DNA of 64,000 nucleotides from Octopus vulgaris (GCA_951406725.2 OX597819.1:110236001-110300000), one strand, 5' to 3'; positions 38,813 through 53,692 are shown, numbered from the stretch's first letter. The notes: generated by a model not told the origin, from the letters alone. A program made the numbers and translations.

Positions 38813-40864
38813 ATTCAGATTACTCTGTCAAATGTAATACTTGTTTATTCACATTGTTTTGAATTCATCATGCATTATCTTAGCATTGAGATTTCAATGA
38901 TGTGATAGTCTATTATTAGAATGACAATGTAGGGTTGCCATTTGATTGCGGCCATGCTGGAGCACCGCCTTTAGTCGAGCAAATCACCCCCAGGACTTAT
39001 TCTTTGGAAGCCTCGTACTTATTCTATTGGTTTCTTTTGCCAAACCGCTAAGTTAAGGGGACGTAAACACACCACCATCGGTTGTCAAGCGATGCTGGGG
39101 GGACAAACATATACACACATATACATATATACGATGGGCTTTTTTCAGTTTCCATCGACCAAATCACGCACAAGGCTTTAGTCAGCCCAAGGCTATAGTA
39201 GAAGACACTTGCCCAAGGTGCCATGCAGTGGAAATGAACCTGGAACCATGTGGTTGGTAAGCAAGCTACTTACCACAGAGCCACTCCTGACCAGTTTAAA
39301 TGCTAAATTGTTAAAGCCCAATGGCTATTTGTGATACTAGTTCCTGAACAGACTCTGAGATTCCATACATCACTGATTAGGGAATTAGTTACTATATCTA
39401 GCTGGACATCTGTCACTGACAAACCTAAAGAAGGGTGAAATCATGTGATCTGGTTGTTCTAGTGGTCATAGCAGGCAGTTATCACCCACCAGTGATATAA
39501 ACAGGTGTGCTTATATGCAACACAAGTCCATATGAGAGGTTCTCTCATGGTAACTATTGCAATATTCTGTGTTCTAACCAAGGTTATGGAGTCAGAAACA
39601 GTTAAGGGGTAACTGGAGTCGGTGTCAGTAAAACTATACTAACTCTGACTCAATATCTTTATTCTTTAATATTAACCAGTTATAAAGTCGGTGAACTAGC
39701 AGAAACGTTAGCATGCCGGGCAAAATGCTTAGCGGTATTTCGTCTGCTATTATTCAAATTCCGCTGAGGTCGACTTTGCCTTTCATCCTTTCAGGTTCAA
39801 TAAATTAAGTACCAGTTACGCACTGGGGTCGATGTAATTGACTTAATCCGTTTGTCTGTCCTTGTTTGTCCCCTCTATATTTAGCCCCTTGTGGGAAATA
39901 AAGAAATAAGAAACATTAGCATGCCAGGCGAAATGCTTAGCGTTATTTTGTTTATCTTTATTTTCTGAGTTCAAATTTTTCCGAGGTCGACTTCGCCTTT
40001 CATCCTTTTGGAGTCAATAAATTAAGTACCAGTTGCATACTGGTGTTGATCCAATTGACTGGCCCCCTCCCCAAAAATTTCGGGTCTTGTGCCTGGGTGG
40101 ATGGATGCATGCATGCAAACAAACATAACTGCATTGCATTACAAATAATAGTGCAAAAACAGAGATAGCCAAGGGTATTTATTGAGCAAGAAAGTTAGGC
40201 TGGAAAGGGTAGAAGTGAATTTGTGAAAAGATGGGTGACAGCTGGTAAAATGGTTAGGGTGAATGGCCCTCTTGTAGGCCCACATCTGTAGATTGGAGAA
40301 CAGCATTTGGGTATGGGTTTGTGTCAGGATAATTCTGGGTGTGTTGGATGCCTTTATAGGGCCTAGTTGAAGTTTCTCCTGTATCAAGAGAACTGCATCA
40401 TTCCTCTCATCATATACTTTGTATACTTTATCATATTTCACCATCTTTTCCGTTTTCTTCTTTTCATTTTTATGTAAATCCCCCCACAAATTGTTGACTG
40501 TCCTTGTGATATCAACCTCATCTGTGTCCCTGTGGTTAATAAAAGAAATTATTGTTATTATTAAGGTGGCGAACTGGTGAAATTGTTAGCATTCTGGGCA
40601 AAATGCTTAGTGGTATCTTGTCTGCCGCTATGTTCTGAGTTCAAATTTCGCTGAGGTCAACTTTGATGTTCATCCTTTTGGGGTCGATAAAATAAGTACC
40701 AGTTGAACACTGGGGTGGATGTAATCGACTCATCTCCTCCCCCAAAATTGCTGCCTTTGAGGCAAAATTTGAAATCATTATTATTATTATTATTATTATC
40801 ATTATTATTATTATTATTATCATTATTATTATAATTATTATTATTATTATCATTATTATTCCAG

Positions 40865-41249
40865 GTACCTCGTAAACACATCTCCCTCCTCAGCAAGCGT
40901 CTGAAGAAATCCTTGGCTCACTTCAAAAAAATCAAATCCATTGCAGAGCTTTCTGAGTCCGACCCACATCATGATGACTTCCGGCTATTTCTGTTCGACC
41001 CGTCCAAGTACCGAGATGCTGACTGCTTCTCTGAGGAGGAACGCCAGTTGCTACTCGAAGCAGGTGTTGATGTTGAAACGGCACTGTTCTGGGCAGAAAT
41101 TGGGTTGAGTTATGACAATTGGAATGCCTCTGAGATTCTTCGAGCCATTCTGCCAAAAGGCTTTGACAATGTGTCTGGGTTCAGCAATGTTGGACATATT
41201 GCACATTTCAACCTGCGAGAAGAGACTCTACCCTACAAATTCCTTATAG
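40865..41249 (+). CDS. TRMT5: TRMT5 exon 2 (VPRKHISLL...LSYDNWNASEILRAILP...SGFSNVGHIAHFNLREETLPYKFLIG)
   Basis: Acceptor ttccag|GTA in phase 0 with exon 1; Trm5 GHIAHxNLR motif; donor G|GTTAGT, phase 1. Confidence 0.95.
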
Positions 41250-41421
41250 GTTAGTAATTATTATTATTATTATTTATATTATTTTGCATATGCACAATGG
41301 GTTAGACTGTTGAAAAAGAAATATTCCTTACATTGAGCTACAACGTATAACCTTAGATGCAAAAAACCTTCCTAAGTATTCTGGCTTTCCTTAATCACAC
41401 TTTTCTGGAGCTGTACTAAAC

Positions 41422-41635
41422 CATATCAGGACTATTATCCCTCTTGGATAATCCCCCCCTCCATAGGACAATTCCCTCCAACGACAACTACTACCCACTA
41501 GGACAATCACCCGGGCTTGGTTAATTACTCCCTATCCAATATATTAAGAAGTTTTAAATCATCATCTGTTGTCCTCAGTGGGTAATAGTCCTTAGTGGGG
41601 GTTTATTGTCCATGGGGTGGTAAATGGCCTAGACT
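41422..41635. mobile_element. MULE-like MITE
   Basis: 10-bp TSD TGTACTAAAC (41412-41421, 41636-41645); subterminal GGACAAT / ATTGTCC repeats in inverted orientation. Confidence 0.6.
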
Positions 41636-42749
41636 TGTACTAAACTAGGTTTTCTGCTTATTTATATTTATTATTATTATTATTGAGTGAGAGAGCAGTG
41701 CATGCCATCAAAGTGACATCATCATCATCATCATCATCATTTAGCGTCCGTTTTCCATGCTAGCATGGGTTGGACGGTTCTGCTGGGGTCTGTGAAGCCA
41801 GAAGGCTTCATCAGGCCCAGTCAGAGCTGGCAAACGGCCACGAACGGATGGTGTTTTTTATGTGCCACCGGCACGAGGGCCAGGCGAGGCTGGCAACGAA
41901 CACGAAATGGGGCGGTGCTGGCGGACACTGGGGTAAAATACACAAAGCCCAGTATATCCATCATGATTACCTGTCTGATAAGGATAAACCAGGCACATGC
42001 ATCACAATCATATGTGCGCGACATGGTGATAACATAACAAGATAATCAGTGCATCACCTTGCAGGTGAGGCTCAGAATTTTCTTCTGGTCGAGTGTCCCA
42101 TCCTGCTCAAAAGGTCTCTGAATAAGGATTGTTTAAGGATGTTGAACGAACCACCTATGTTTCCAGAGGTGAATTATCCAAACCTCTAAGAATTCCTTTC
42201 AGCACATGGCTATGATGCTCCCCTACTACTTTTGCTTGTGATCAGAGATGCACATATCGTCAGCCACTAAGGGACATGGCCAACTGGTTAAGGTCAAACA
42301 ACTGACAAGCAAATCTGTGGTATTGAGCAGAATATTTGCTGTAGCCCATCTTTTATACCAAGACAAAATAATGTGCATGATAACACTACCAATCAGTTAA
42401 GATCAGAAGCCATGAGAGCCACTGTCTGGTACTGCATCAGGGTGTATTCATCATCATCATCATCATCATTTAGCGTCCGCTAATTATTATTATTATTATT
42501 ATTATTATTGTTGTTGTTGCCGTGGTCTTCGTTATCATCATCATTATCATTAAGGTGGCGAGCTGATAGAGTTGTTTGCATGCCAGGCAAAATGCTTGGT
42601 ATTTCTTCTGAGTTTAAATTTTGTCGAGGTTCACTTGGTCTGTCATCCTTTCAGGGTTGATAAAATAAATACCTGTTGAACACTAGGGTGAATGTGATCA
42701 ACTTACTCCCACTCCTGAAATTGCTGGGTTTGTGTCTAAAATTTGAAAT

Positions 42750-45300
42750 CATCATCATCATTGTTTAATGCCCATTTTCCATGTTGTTTGACAGAAGCTG
42801 TTCAGGCTTCAGTTGTCTGTTGTGACATGGTTTCTATGCTAACAATTTCACAGAGTGTGCTTGGTGCTTATAGCATGCCACCGGCATGGGTACGTTTATG
42901 CAGTACCAGCACCTGTAAAGGACAAGCTTGTATGTATGGATGGATGACAACGATTTTACTTAGCTTGACACGTCTTCTCAAGTACAGCAAATTGCCACAA
43001 CTCTCGGTCCCTTGTCATTTCCTCAGTAAGGCCCAGTGTCCAAAGATCCCTTCTCACCACTTCGTCCCATGTCTTTCTAGGTTTGTCACTTCCACAGATT
43101 CCCTTCACAATTAGAGCTCGGCACTTCTTTATACAGTTGTCCTCAGCCATGAGCATCACATGACTAAACCCTTGCAGTTCCCTTTCTTACACATATCTTA
43201 CACCCAGTTTTCCTTGTAACTCATTTACACTCTGTCATGTGTGCACACTGACACCACCCATCCAGCAGAGCATGCTAGCTTCATTTCTTTCAAGCCATTG
43301 CAAGTCCTCTGTAGTCAAAGCCCATGTTTCACTATCATGTAGCATAGTTGTATGTACACAGGCATCATACAGTCTGCCTTTCACTCTGAGGGAGGAGCCC
43401 CTTGTTACCAACAAAAGTAGAAGCTCAATGAACATTTGTCCAGCCTGTTCTTATTCTAGCAACTACACTTCCAGAACTTCCTCTTCCACTACTAACTTGG
43501 TTGCTTAGGTAACAGAAGCTGTCTATTACTTCTAATGATCCCCCATATGTTTGAGGTAGTCTATTGTCTGTGCATTTTTAGTGCATATTGTATCTGCACA
43601 TTTTCAACACACAGAGACTATTTTCTCCATTACCCTTCCTGGGATTCCACTACACCTCTTATGTGTCCAATGCTTGCACTGGGTACACAGTATGGAGCTT
43701 CTGTCAACACCTTTCTTACATCAAGCAGGGCCATCTCCCTGTAGGGACTTGTGGTTTGTTTGATTCCCTACTTACTAGGACCTTGGCTTTTGCTAAATTA
43801 ACTCTAAGGCACTTAGATTCTAGGCCTTGCTTCCACACTTGAAATTTCTTCTCTATGTCAGGTAGAGATTTAGCACAGAGGAGCTATGCCATCAGCATAG
43901 AGGAGCTCCCAGGGGTAGCCGATCTTGAATTCCTCTTAAGGCCTGGAAGATAAGCAAGGGGTGGCTGATCCTTGGTGAACTCCTACCTGTACACTGAATT
44001 CATTGCTATACTCGTTGCCAACCTTCACCTTACTGGCAGCATCCCTGTACATGGCTTGTACAGCTCTCATTAACTACTCATCTGTCCCTAGCTTCTGCAT
44101 TGATCACCAGATAAGGGAGCAGGGGTCCCTGTCAAAACCTTTCTCCATGTCGACAAAAGCCAAATACAGAGGTTTATTTTTGGCCAAATATTCCCCTGTG
44201 GTTGCCTTATCAGGAGTAGAGTATCAGTCGTGTTTCTACCTGGCACAAATCTGAACTGCATCTCATCTATGCTAACTCTCTTCCTAATTAATTGAGCTAT
44301 GACCCTTTCTGTGATTTCCATCAACTGGTCCAGCAATTTGATTTCTCTGTAGTTATTTCTGTCTAAGGCATCACCTTTGCTTTGTAGCAGTTGACTATAA
44401 TGCTGTTACACCAATCGTTGGGTATGGCTCCCTTGTGGACTACCTGATTAACAATACAGGTGACTACTCTGCCAGATATTTTAAGCTTCTCAGCAGTGAT
44501 TCCTGATGGGCCAGGGGCTTTCCCTGTCTTCATATCCTTAATTGCTTTATCTACTGAGCTACTGTCAATTCAAATAGCTGGTCCCTCAGGTGGGTCGACA
44601 GTAGGCAGACTCTCCTTGTCCTATGCATTCTCTACATTTAGCAGCCTTTCATAGTGGCATTTCCAAGCCTCTTTGCAGAATTACTAAAAGCAAGTGAACC
44701 ATCATCCATGCAGACACACTTCTCTCCTATAACATCGTGATTTTCTCTCACACAGTCTTGCAATCTGAAGCACTTCAAGTCACACTGCAGAACATTGGCA
44801 AGCTTCTTCTTTTCTGCTTCCTTCTTGGCTAACTATATCTGTCTCCTAACCTTCCTTCTGGCTGTATAATACTGTTCCCTGCTACCACCACACTTCCATT
44901 CCTGATTCTTTTCTCTAATGGGCCTGTCAACTACACTGTTCACAACCATGTCACCTTTGGTTGAGAAGGTACTTTGAACCAGCCACAAATTTGGTCAGTG
45001 GCCCTCAGCAGGTAATCCCCTAGGAACCTCCAGTTGTCCTCTACATTATATGACTCCATATCCTCCACTTTTTCATCGGTGGCACTCAAATGCTTCAAGT
45101 AACATGTCTCTAAATCTCTGGCTATTCAGAGAACCCTTAAGATTCCAGACCTTTCTTTTCTACACAGGTTGTCTTCTTGGAAGCCTTTCAGCTATGATTC
45201 TGGAGTCACTAATGACTAACCTATGTTGAGGGTGGGATGAATTCTTCACCTGGGAAAACATTTTGCATTTATAAGCAGCCATCTTTCCTGTTTTCTGGCA
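42750..45300 (-). mobile_element. Decayed RTE-clade LINE (RT, C-terminus, (GAT)n tail)
   Basis: KAPGPSGIT, IDEMQFRFVPGRNTTD, KGRLYDACVHTTMLHDSETW, KPRKTWDEVV fragments with many lesions. Confidence 0.88.
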
Positions 45301-46370
45301 TGGTTTAAATCACATCAAAGGCAGCTTTGATTTTGATTTTCAATTTCTGTCTCAAGGGCCTCCCTTCTGGTGATAGAAGTATTAGTTAAGAAGGCACACT
45401 GCTGATTCTTTTCTTTAATGGACTTGTCAACTACACTATTCCACAACCATATCACCTTATGGATTGAGAAAAGACTTTGCACTAGTCACAAATTTGGTTC
45501 AGTGGCCCTCAGCAAACCCTTCATTTCATGTTGCTCCAGTCCACTCTGATGTAAATGAGTTCATAAGCAGCCATCTTTCCTGTTTTCTGGCATGGTTTAA
45601 ATCACATCAAAGGCGGCTTTGATTTTGATTTTCAATTTTCCAAGGGTTGGTGATAGAAGTATTAGTTAAGAAGGCACATGGCTGAGTGGTTAAGGTGTTG
45701 CACTCCTGATCTTGTGATTATGGGTTCAAATCGCCAGGCTGAGTGTCGCTGTGTGTTCTTGAGCAAACCCTTCATTTCATGTTGCTCCACTTCACTCAGA
45801 TGTAAATGAGTTCAAGCAATAGCTGGGAAGTTAACCCCTGTGATGGACTACCACCCTATTATAATCTCATTAATTTCTACCTGATGGAAACCAGATTAAG
45901 CTCTACCTCATGAGTCCTGGGTCTTATACAATCAACCATATCTACCCCTGTACCCATAAAATATCTGTGTTCTTGTACTTAAATCATAAGATTCTGATTT
46001 CGATTCCTGAGTTGGGTGACACATTGTGTTCTTGAGCAAAACACTTCATTTCATGTTGCTCCAGTCCACTCAGCTGGCAGAAGGGAGTAATCCTGCGTCC
46101 TGTCCAGGTGGGGAGTATATATGCCATGAAACCAGGGAGCGGGCCCTTAAGAGTTGGCAGGGCTCGAGAAGGTAACTTTTATCCTTCTATTTTTACCTGA
46201 TGGAAACCAGATTAAGCTCTACCCTTATGAGTCCTGGGTGTCATATAATCAACCATATCTACCACTGTACCCATAAAATATCTGTGTTCTTGTACTTAAA
46301 TCTTTATTTATTTGTTTGTTTCTATGTTAACTTTTTTTTTGTTTTTCATTTTGTAATTTTTGGCTTGCAG

Positions 46371-46559
46371 GACAAGTTATTTTGGACAAGGTACCAAGTG
46401 TGAGGACAGTAGTTAACAAGACCAATATTATTGACAATACCTTCCGCAATTTCCAGATGGAGCTGTTGGCTGGAGAAGACGATTTCTATGCCACTGTCCG
46501 AGAGAATAAATGTATCTACCAATTTGATTTTTCAAAGGTTTACTGGAATTCCAGACTTT
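46371..46559 (+). CDS. TRMT5: TRMT5 exon 3 ([16 protein letters not shown]...[12 protein letters not shown]...[12 protein letters not shown])
   Basis: Long polypyrimidine tract + ttgcag acceptor, phase 1; Met-10+/Trm5 [12 protein letters not shown] motif; donor T|GTGAGT, phase 1. Confidence 0.96.
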
Positions 46560-49059
46560 GTGAGTAAATATATTCATCCATTATATTGTTGTTGAGACTA
46601 TTATTGTTGTTGTTGCTAAGGTGGTGATCTGGTAAAACAGTTAGCACATCAGACAAAATGCTTAGCAACATTCAGAGTTCAAATTTCTCCAAAGTTGACT
46701 TTGTCTTTCGTCTTTTTGATGGTTAATAAGACAAATACCTGTAAGTACTGGGGTTGATGCAATCAACTTGCTTCCTTCCCTCAAAATTGCTGGCCTTGCG
46801 CCAAAGTTAGAAAGGATTGTTGTTGTTGCTATGGGAGCGAGCTGGCAAAACTATTAGTCATCATCATCATCATTGTTTAATGTCCGCTTTCCATGCTGGA
46901 ATGGGTTGGACGGTTTGATTGAGGACTGGTGAGCCAGAAGGCGGCACCAGGCTCAATCTGGTCTGGCAAAGTTTCTACAGCTGGATGGCCTTCCTAACAC
47001 TAACCCTTCCGAGAGTGTAGCGGGTGCTTTTTATGTGCCACTGGCACGAAGGCCAGTCAGGCGGTTCTGGCAACAATCATGCTCAAAAGGTGTTTTTACA
47101 TGTTACTTGCACGGGAGCCAGTCTGGCAGCTTTAGCAATGGCCATACTCGAATCTTGTTTTTCACGTGCCGGTAACGTGATGCTGGCAGCGATCATGCTC
47201 GAATGGTGCTTTTCATGTGTCACCGGCACAGGAGCCAATCCATGGCCCTGGCAAAGATCATCAAACAAAATACCTAGCAGCATTTGTTCCTTTTCTTTAT
47301 AGAGTTTAAATTCTAGTAAGGTCGATATTTTGCCCATCATCCTTTCAGGACCATTAAAATAAAATTCTGTTGAGATGCTCTGTGTTTCTTTCAATTAATT
47401 TTAAATATAACAAAGAATTTAGTAAAATAACTTAGTTATCATTAAGCTAGTGTTAGGAACATAAATTGTGACTAAGGTTTGGTGGACGATTTTAATTCAA
47501 TATTTATGGAAACAAGACATTTGTACTATAGATCCACGGGCGGTTTCAGCCAGGTTGGTATCTAAGGGGTTAAAATAAAATACCATTTGAGCACTGGGGT
47601 TGATATAATTTACTTAATTCTCCCCATAAAATTACTGACTGTCTGCCTAACTTAGTAACAGTTATCATTGAATATGAGTTGGCTGATAAAGAGTGGGTTG
47701 GCAAAGTCATTAAAGTATTGAACAAAATGCCTTGTGGTATTTGTCCTGGCTCTTTATGTTCTGGGTTCAAATCCTACTGAAGTCAACCCAGGCTTTCATC
47801 TTTGTGGGGGTCAGTAAAATAAGATGCCATTCAAATACTGGGGTTAATTTTATTTGACTCATCAAATCTTAGTGTTTGTTTCTATATTAGAAACACTTGT
47901 CCATCATCATCATCATCGTTGTTGTTTTAACTTTCATTTTTCTCCATGCTTGCATGGGTTGGATGAAATTTGTTGAAGTGGATTTTCTATGGCCTGATGC
48001 CTTTCCTGTTGCCGACCCTTATTTATTTCCAAGTAAGGTAATATTTCCCTCCACCCAGACATGTTTACACGGAATGCTGGAAATGAAGTACTCTGATTGC
48101 ATGACTGAAACTTGCAACTAACACATGTCAAAGCAAGGAAACAGTAACACACACACACATACATATGTATTTATACAAACATACATGCACACAAGAGGCT
48201 TCTTTCAGTTTCCACTCACAAGGTTTTGGTTGATCTAGCACTATAGTAAAGGATACTTGCCCAAGGTGCTATGCAATAAGATTGAACTCGGAACCATGTG
48301 GTTGGAAAGCAGACTTTTTACCATACAGCTAAACTTATCGTTAAATTCTGTTAAGGTTGACTTTGTGGTTCATCCTTTCTGTGTGAGACCTTAGACAAGG
48401 AGTGTCTTGCATTTTCTCCAAGTTTCTCAAAGCCTTGTGAATGAACTTGGAAGACAGAAGACGGAAACTGTAAGAAGCTCCTTGTGTGTTTATTTACATT
48501 TGCATTCCACAGAAGTTGCAAACAATAAATGGTGATTCTCTCACAACCCTTTGCAACAAATCTTCCACTTGCTTTGCGCCCTCAAAGACATAAAAAAGGG
48601 ATCCCTGACTTGAAAGACTAGTAAGGGGGTTATTATTGACAGGGAAAAGTATCCAGCTGTAAAGCAGTACTTTGATTATATATTCATCTAACCCTTGCTA
48701 GCATGATAAAATGGACGTAAAATGAACTGACGAACTTCATCATTCTCATCACCATTTAACGTCCGTTTTCCATGCTGGCATGGGTTGGAATGTTTGACAG
48801 GGGTGTTGGCTAGGCAGAACACTGCACCAGGCTTCACTGTCTGTTTTGGTAGGATTTTTATGGCTGGATGCCCTTCCTAACACCAACCAGAATGGACTAC
48901 TAAGTGCTTTTCATGTAGCATCAGCACCGGTGAGGCCTGTTTTGGCATATGTATAACTTGTGTATAAAAAATTATGAATAACAAATTGTTTAACCATTAG
49001 TTGTCCATGCTAGCGGGGTGCAAAGAGCATCATATGAGTGTGACCATTGACAGAGTGGC

Positions 49060-49500
49060 TAACCGGCTTCTGTGCCAGTGGCCCTTAAAAGGCACCATTC
49101 GAGCGTGATCGTTACCAGCGTCGCCTTAAAGAGCACCATCCGAGCATGATCGTTGCCGGAGCGGCTATCTGGCCTCCGTGCTGGTGGCACGTAAAAAACA
49201 CCATTCGGGCGTGATCGTTATCAACATTGCCTTACTGGCATCTGTGCCGGTGGAATGTGTAAAAGATTCGAGCAAGGTCATTGCCAGTACTGCTTGACTG
49301 GCCCCGTGCCGGTGGCACATAAAAGCACCCACTAGACAATCGGAGTGGTTGGCGTTAGGAAGGGCATCCAGCTGTAGAAACTCTGCCAGATCAAGATTGG
49401 AGCCTGGTGCAGCCATCTGGTTCGCTAGCCCTCAGTCATTCGTCCAACCCATGCTAGCATAGAAAGCGGACGTTAAACGATGATGATCATGATCATGATT
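49060..49500 (+). mobile_element. RTE-tail-related short element with internal GTGCCGGTGGCACGTAAAAAGCACC repeats; copies at 41720-41930, 46860-47250, 60130-60430, 61200-61550
   Basis: Shared tail GGAAGGGCATCCAGCTGTAGAAA...CCATGCTAGCATGGAAAGCGGACGTTAAACGATGATG. Confidence 0.75.
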
Positions 49501-51429
49501 TTAAATAACTGTATGCATAGCTATGTGACTTAAGAGGCTTGCTTCCAAACCATATAATCTTTGGTTCAATCCCACTGTGTAACACCTTGGGTAAATGTCT
49601 TCTCTAATTGTCCTGGGCTAACTAAAGCCTTGTGAGGGAATTTGATAGAAATCCGGCGCGAGCGCGCATGTGTATGTACCTTTGTCTTGACCTCATGTGA
49701 TAATTGTAAATGAGTATCACCGTCCTACAAGCAGTGTTGTTTATGTCCAGTTTTCTACGAGAAACATGTCTATTCATGTAAAAATATTACCTTGCTTGGA
49801 AATAGATGAGGGATGGTAATAGGAAGGGCATCCGGCTATGCAGAGTTTTTATTAGCAATTCTGTCTGGCCTATGTAAACATGGAAAAGTATGGGTTAAAC
49901 GATGACAATAATAATAACGGACTCCTTTGTACCGGAGAGCGAAAAAATATCTTGTAATATTTGTTCCAGCACTTTAGCGTCTAAATTCATTTCTCATTGA
50001 GGTCAATTTAACCTATCATGTTACCGTAGTCGATAAATTAAAGTACAAGTCGAGTACAAGATCGTAAATCAATCCTCCTCTTCAAATCTTTAGCTTTAAT
50101 GTTTAAGATATCTGATATACATAACGTCAAAAGTCAAGAAAAAAAAATTTAACGTATCAAGGGAAGTAACTCATACACAGGAACAACAGAGTTGTTTCCC
50201 TTGAAACAAATTTCGTATCGATATTCCGTACACTTGTTTGCTGTTTTGTGTTTGGACACAAAAAGCGAACAAATAACCGGAATTTTAAGATACCAGTTGA
50301 GAGGTTGGAGGTTTGTCTCATGTAAACACAACTAGGAGTATCTATGAAGTGTATTTTTAGTTAAGTCTTCACTATCCAATCTTTTAGCTTATACTATTGC
50401 TTCTGCCTAAAGCCCTAAATGAAAGATCGTACTGTGTACTTTGATAAAGGATGCAGCAAATTTTTCAACTGTGTTTGCTGTAGGATCTCCTATCGAAGTT
50501 TGGTGCCTTTGGGATCGATCCCTCTCTCATCTTTTGAATTAGAGGTCGCCGCTCAGATCGCATTATTGCAGTGTGCTGCTGCTGATGCTCTCTCACTGTG
50601 TTCCATCACGGTTGCAAATCTCTTCTCTCCACACTTTCGAAGTTTATTTAAAGGAAAGGGTGCTGACTTGGGTTGATACTCCACTGTCATCTCATGAGTT
50701 GCTGCTAGAACACAAAAGGCTGGAACAGACATTTTATCTGATCCTTTAAAAATTTCACTAATTCCTTATTCCAGATTGGTTCATTTTTGATCCTGTAAAG
50801 ATAAGATAAACGGTGAAGTTGACTTTGGCATGAGTGGAACTCAGAGCCAAAAGATTTGGAACTAATACCACAAGGCAGGACTCTGCCAATTCACTGCATT
50901 TTTGACTTATATGGTTAATCCACATTATTCCGTAAGGAGCATAGGGCTAGTTTCCTGGTTTCTCTGATGTATATATATTCCTCCCTTTGCTGGACTCCAC
51001 ATTTTTACCGGCTGAATTTACTGGATCAGCGTGAAATGAAGTGTTTTGCTCCAGAACACATTGCATTGCTCAGTCCAGGAATTGAAACCACACTCTTATG
51101 ATCACCCTTACCACTAAGCCATGTACTCCACTTTTGGCTTATATATATACAGATATAGTTCCACCACAAGATCCAATCTTTGTTGTGGTATGGTGGCCGT
51201 ATACCTCAGTGACCCTGAGAGCATTGCCAGCAACAGTCTCTTAGTAGGGTTTCCCATGCTGGACAGGTCAAAGGATACAGGCCAGACTAATATAGATCAC
51301 CTGTTCCCACAGGTAAAAATGGGTTTGTTTAGGGCCAACATTATGTTGAACGTTTTTTCAGATTAGTTTCTGTATAAAAAAGTGGTGTGTATTGAACCTG
51401 AGCTTATTTTTCTTTCTTTCTCTTTGCAG

Positions 51430-52263
51430 CCATGGAACATGAGAGGATTGTGTCAAAATTAGAGAAGGGTGACGTGGTGTATGATGTGTTTGCTGGTGTA
51501 GGTCCATTTGCCATCCCTGCAGCAAAAAAGGGGTGTGTTGTGCTAGCCAATGACCTGAATCCTGAGTCATACAAATCCCTTGTGCACAATGCAGCCATGA
51601 ACAGGATCAAATCTGACTTCTGTGCCTACAACCTGGATGGTCGGAAGTTCATCAGAAACAGCGTGAAGGAGGACATGTGTTGTCGATGGTTACAACTGAT
51701 TGATGCAGAAGCTATCCACAGCGGTGTGGATTGCAGTAATGTCAGTTACACTGATAATAATAATGAAAAAGCTGTTGGTGACAACATTGGAGGTTGTAAT
51801 AGTGGTGGAGGTATTATTGGTGCTGTTGTTGGTGGTATTTGCACAGACATTGGCAATGCTGCCTTCACAAAAAATTGGACTTCTCCTGCGTTCCACATTG
51901 TCATGAATCTACCCGCCATTGCTGTTGAATTCTTAGATGTCTTTCAGTCCATGTGCAGCGATATCCCTGTCACCAGCCCCGTAGTGTCTCTGCTGGAACA
52001 GAGGACGTACCTCCTGCCTCATGTCTATTGCTACTGCTTCTACAAGGGTGACAACCCCGAGGCAGATATTGAAAAACGGGTGCGCCAGGCACTCAGATGT
52101 GATCACCCACCTCAAGATCTTGTAATTCGCTTTGTACGCAACGTGGCACCAAGCAAAGACATGTACTGTGTAGAGTTTGTTGCATCGAAGGAGCTGCTAT
52201 GGAGACCAGTAACACAGACAAGGATGAAGGTAGATAGCCATGGAAATAGCAAATGCTATGCAG
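51430..52263 (+). CDS. TRMT5: TRMT5 exon 4, SAM-binding catalytic domain
   Basis: Acceptor tttgcag|CC ATG, phase 1; motifs DVFAGVGPFAIP, ANDLNP, NLDGRKFI, HIVMNLP, VYCYCF, VRNVAPSKDMYC; strong donor CAG|GTGAGT at 52264 (unspliced read-through would stop at TAA 52272-52274). Confidence 0.96.
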
Positions 52264-53692
52264 GTGAGTGTTAAAAGTTAACATATTACAACAACAGCAA
52301 TAGTCTTTGTGGATTGGATACATATGTATGTATGAATGCATGTACATTGACATACATTAACACACACAAACACACACACTCACACATAATATATATATAT
52401 CTAATATACAAAAGTGTTACTCAGGCACTCAACTTTGAGCCCACTGCATCTCATAGCAGAGACAGCTGTAAGCTAATGAAGTTCATATGTTAATCATTTA
52501 TTTCTTTGTTATGAAGGTGTAGGAGTGGCTGTGTGGTAAGTAACTTGCTTACCAACCACATGGTTCCGGGTTCAGTCCCACTGTGTAGCACCTTGGGCAA
52601 GTGTCTTCTACTATAGCCTCAGGCTGACCAAAGTCTTGTGAGTTAATTTGCTAGACAGAAACTGAAAGAAGCTTGTTGTACATATGTATATATGTGTAAG
52701 TATGTGTGTGTATATGTTTGTATGTCTGTGTTTGTCCCCCTTATATCGCTTGACATCTGATGCTGGTGTGCTTACCACCCCCGTAACTTAGCGGTTTGGC
52801 AAAGGAGACTGAGAGAATAAGTACTTGGCTTACAAAGAATAAGTCCTGGGGTCGATTTGCTTGACTAAAGGTGATACTTCAGCATGGCCATAGTCAAATG
52901 GCTGAAACAAGTAAAAAAGTAAAGAGTATACAGGATGAAGTGGTGAGAAAGGATCACCAGATGTTTGGCCTCACAGAAGGGGTGACAGGGGACTGAGACC
53001 TCTGGCAGTTTACTGTGCTAGAGAAGACATGTAAAGCTAAGTAAATATATGGCCATCCTTGCATACTGGTATGATGTCCCCTGTATCCTGCTTCAGCTGA
53101 GTGTTCATAATCTTGTGGGCTTGTGGGTGACAGTGCCACGTAAAAAGCACCTGTGCTGGTGCCACATAAAAGCACCCGATCCAGTTAAAAGTATACAGTA
53201 CACTCTATAAAGTGGTTGGTGTTAGGAAGAGAATCCAGCTGTAGAAACCACAACAGATATGGAGTCTGGGCAGCTCTTTAGCTGACCATCTCCTGTCAAA
53301 CTGTCTAACCCATGCCAGCATGGAAAGCAGACATTAAGTGAATATGATGATGATGATGATATATATTCCCGGTGACGTGTTGTAGCCTTGAGCAAGACAC
53401 TTTATTTCACATTGCTCCTGTTCACTTGGTTCGTAAGATGAGCAGTACCTGTATTTCAAAGGGCCAGCCTTGTCACACTCTGTGTCATGCTGAATCTCCC
53501 GGAGAACTACATTAAGAATACATGTGTCTGTGGAGTCCTCAGCCACTTGCATGTCAATTTCAGAGCAAGCTCTTCTGTTGATCATATCAGCTGGGACCCT
53601 TGTCATCGTAACTGACAGAGTGCCCCTTTTTTCCTTTACGCACACACACATACACATATGTGTATGTGTGTGTCTTTCAAATTTGTTTACAG

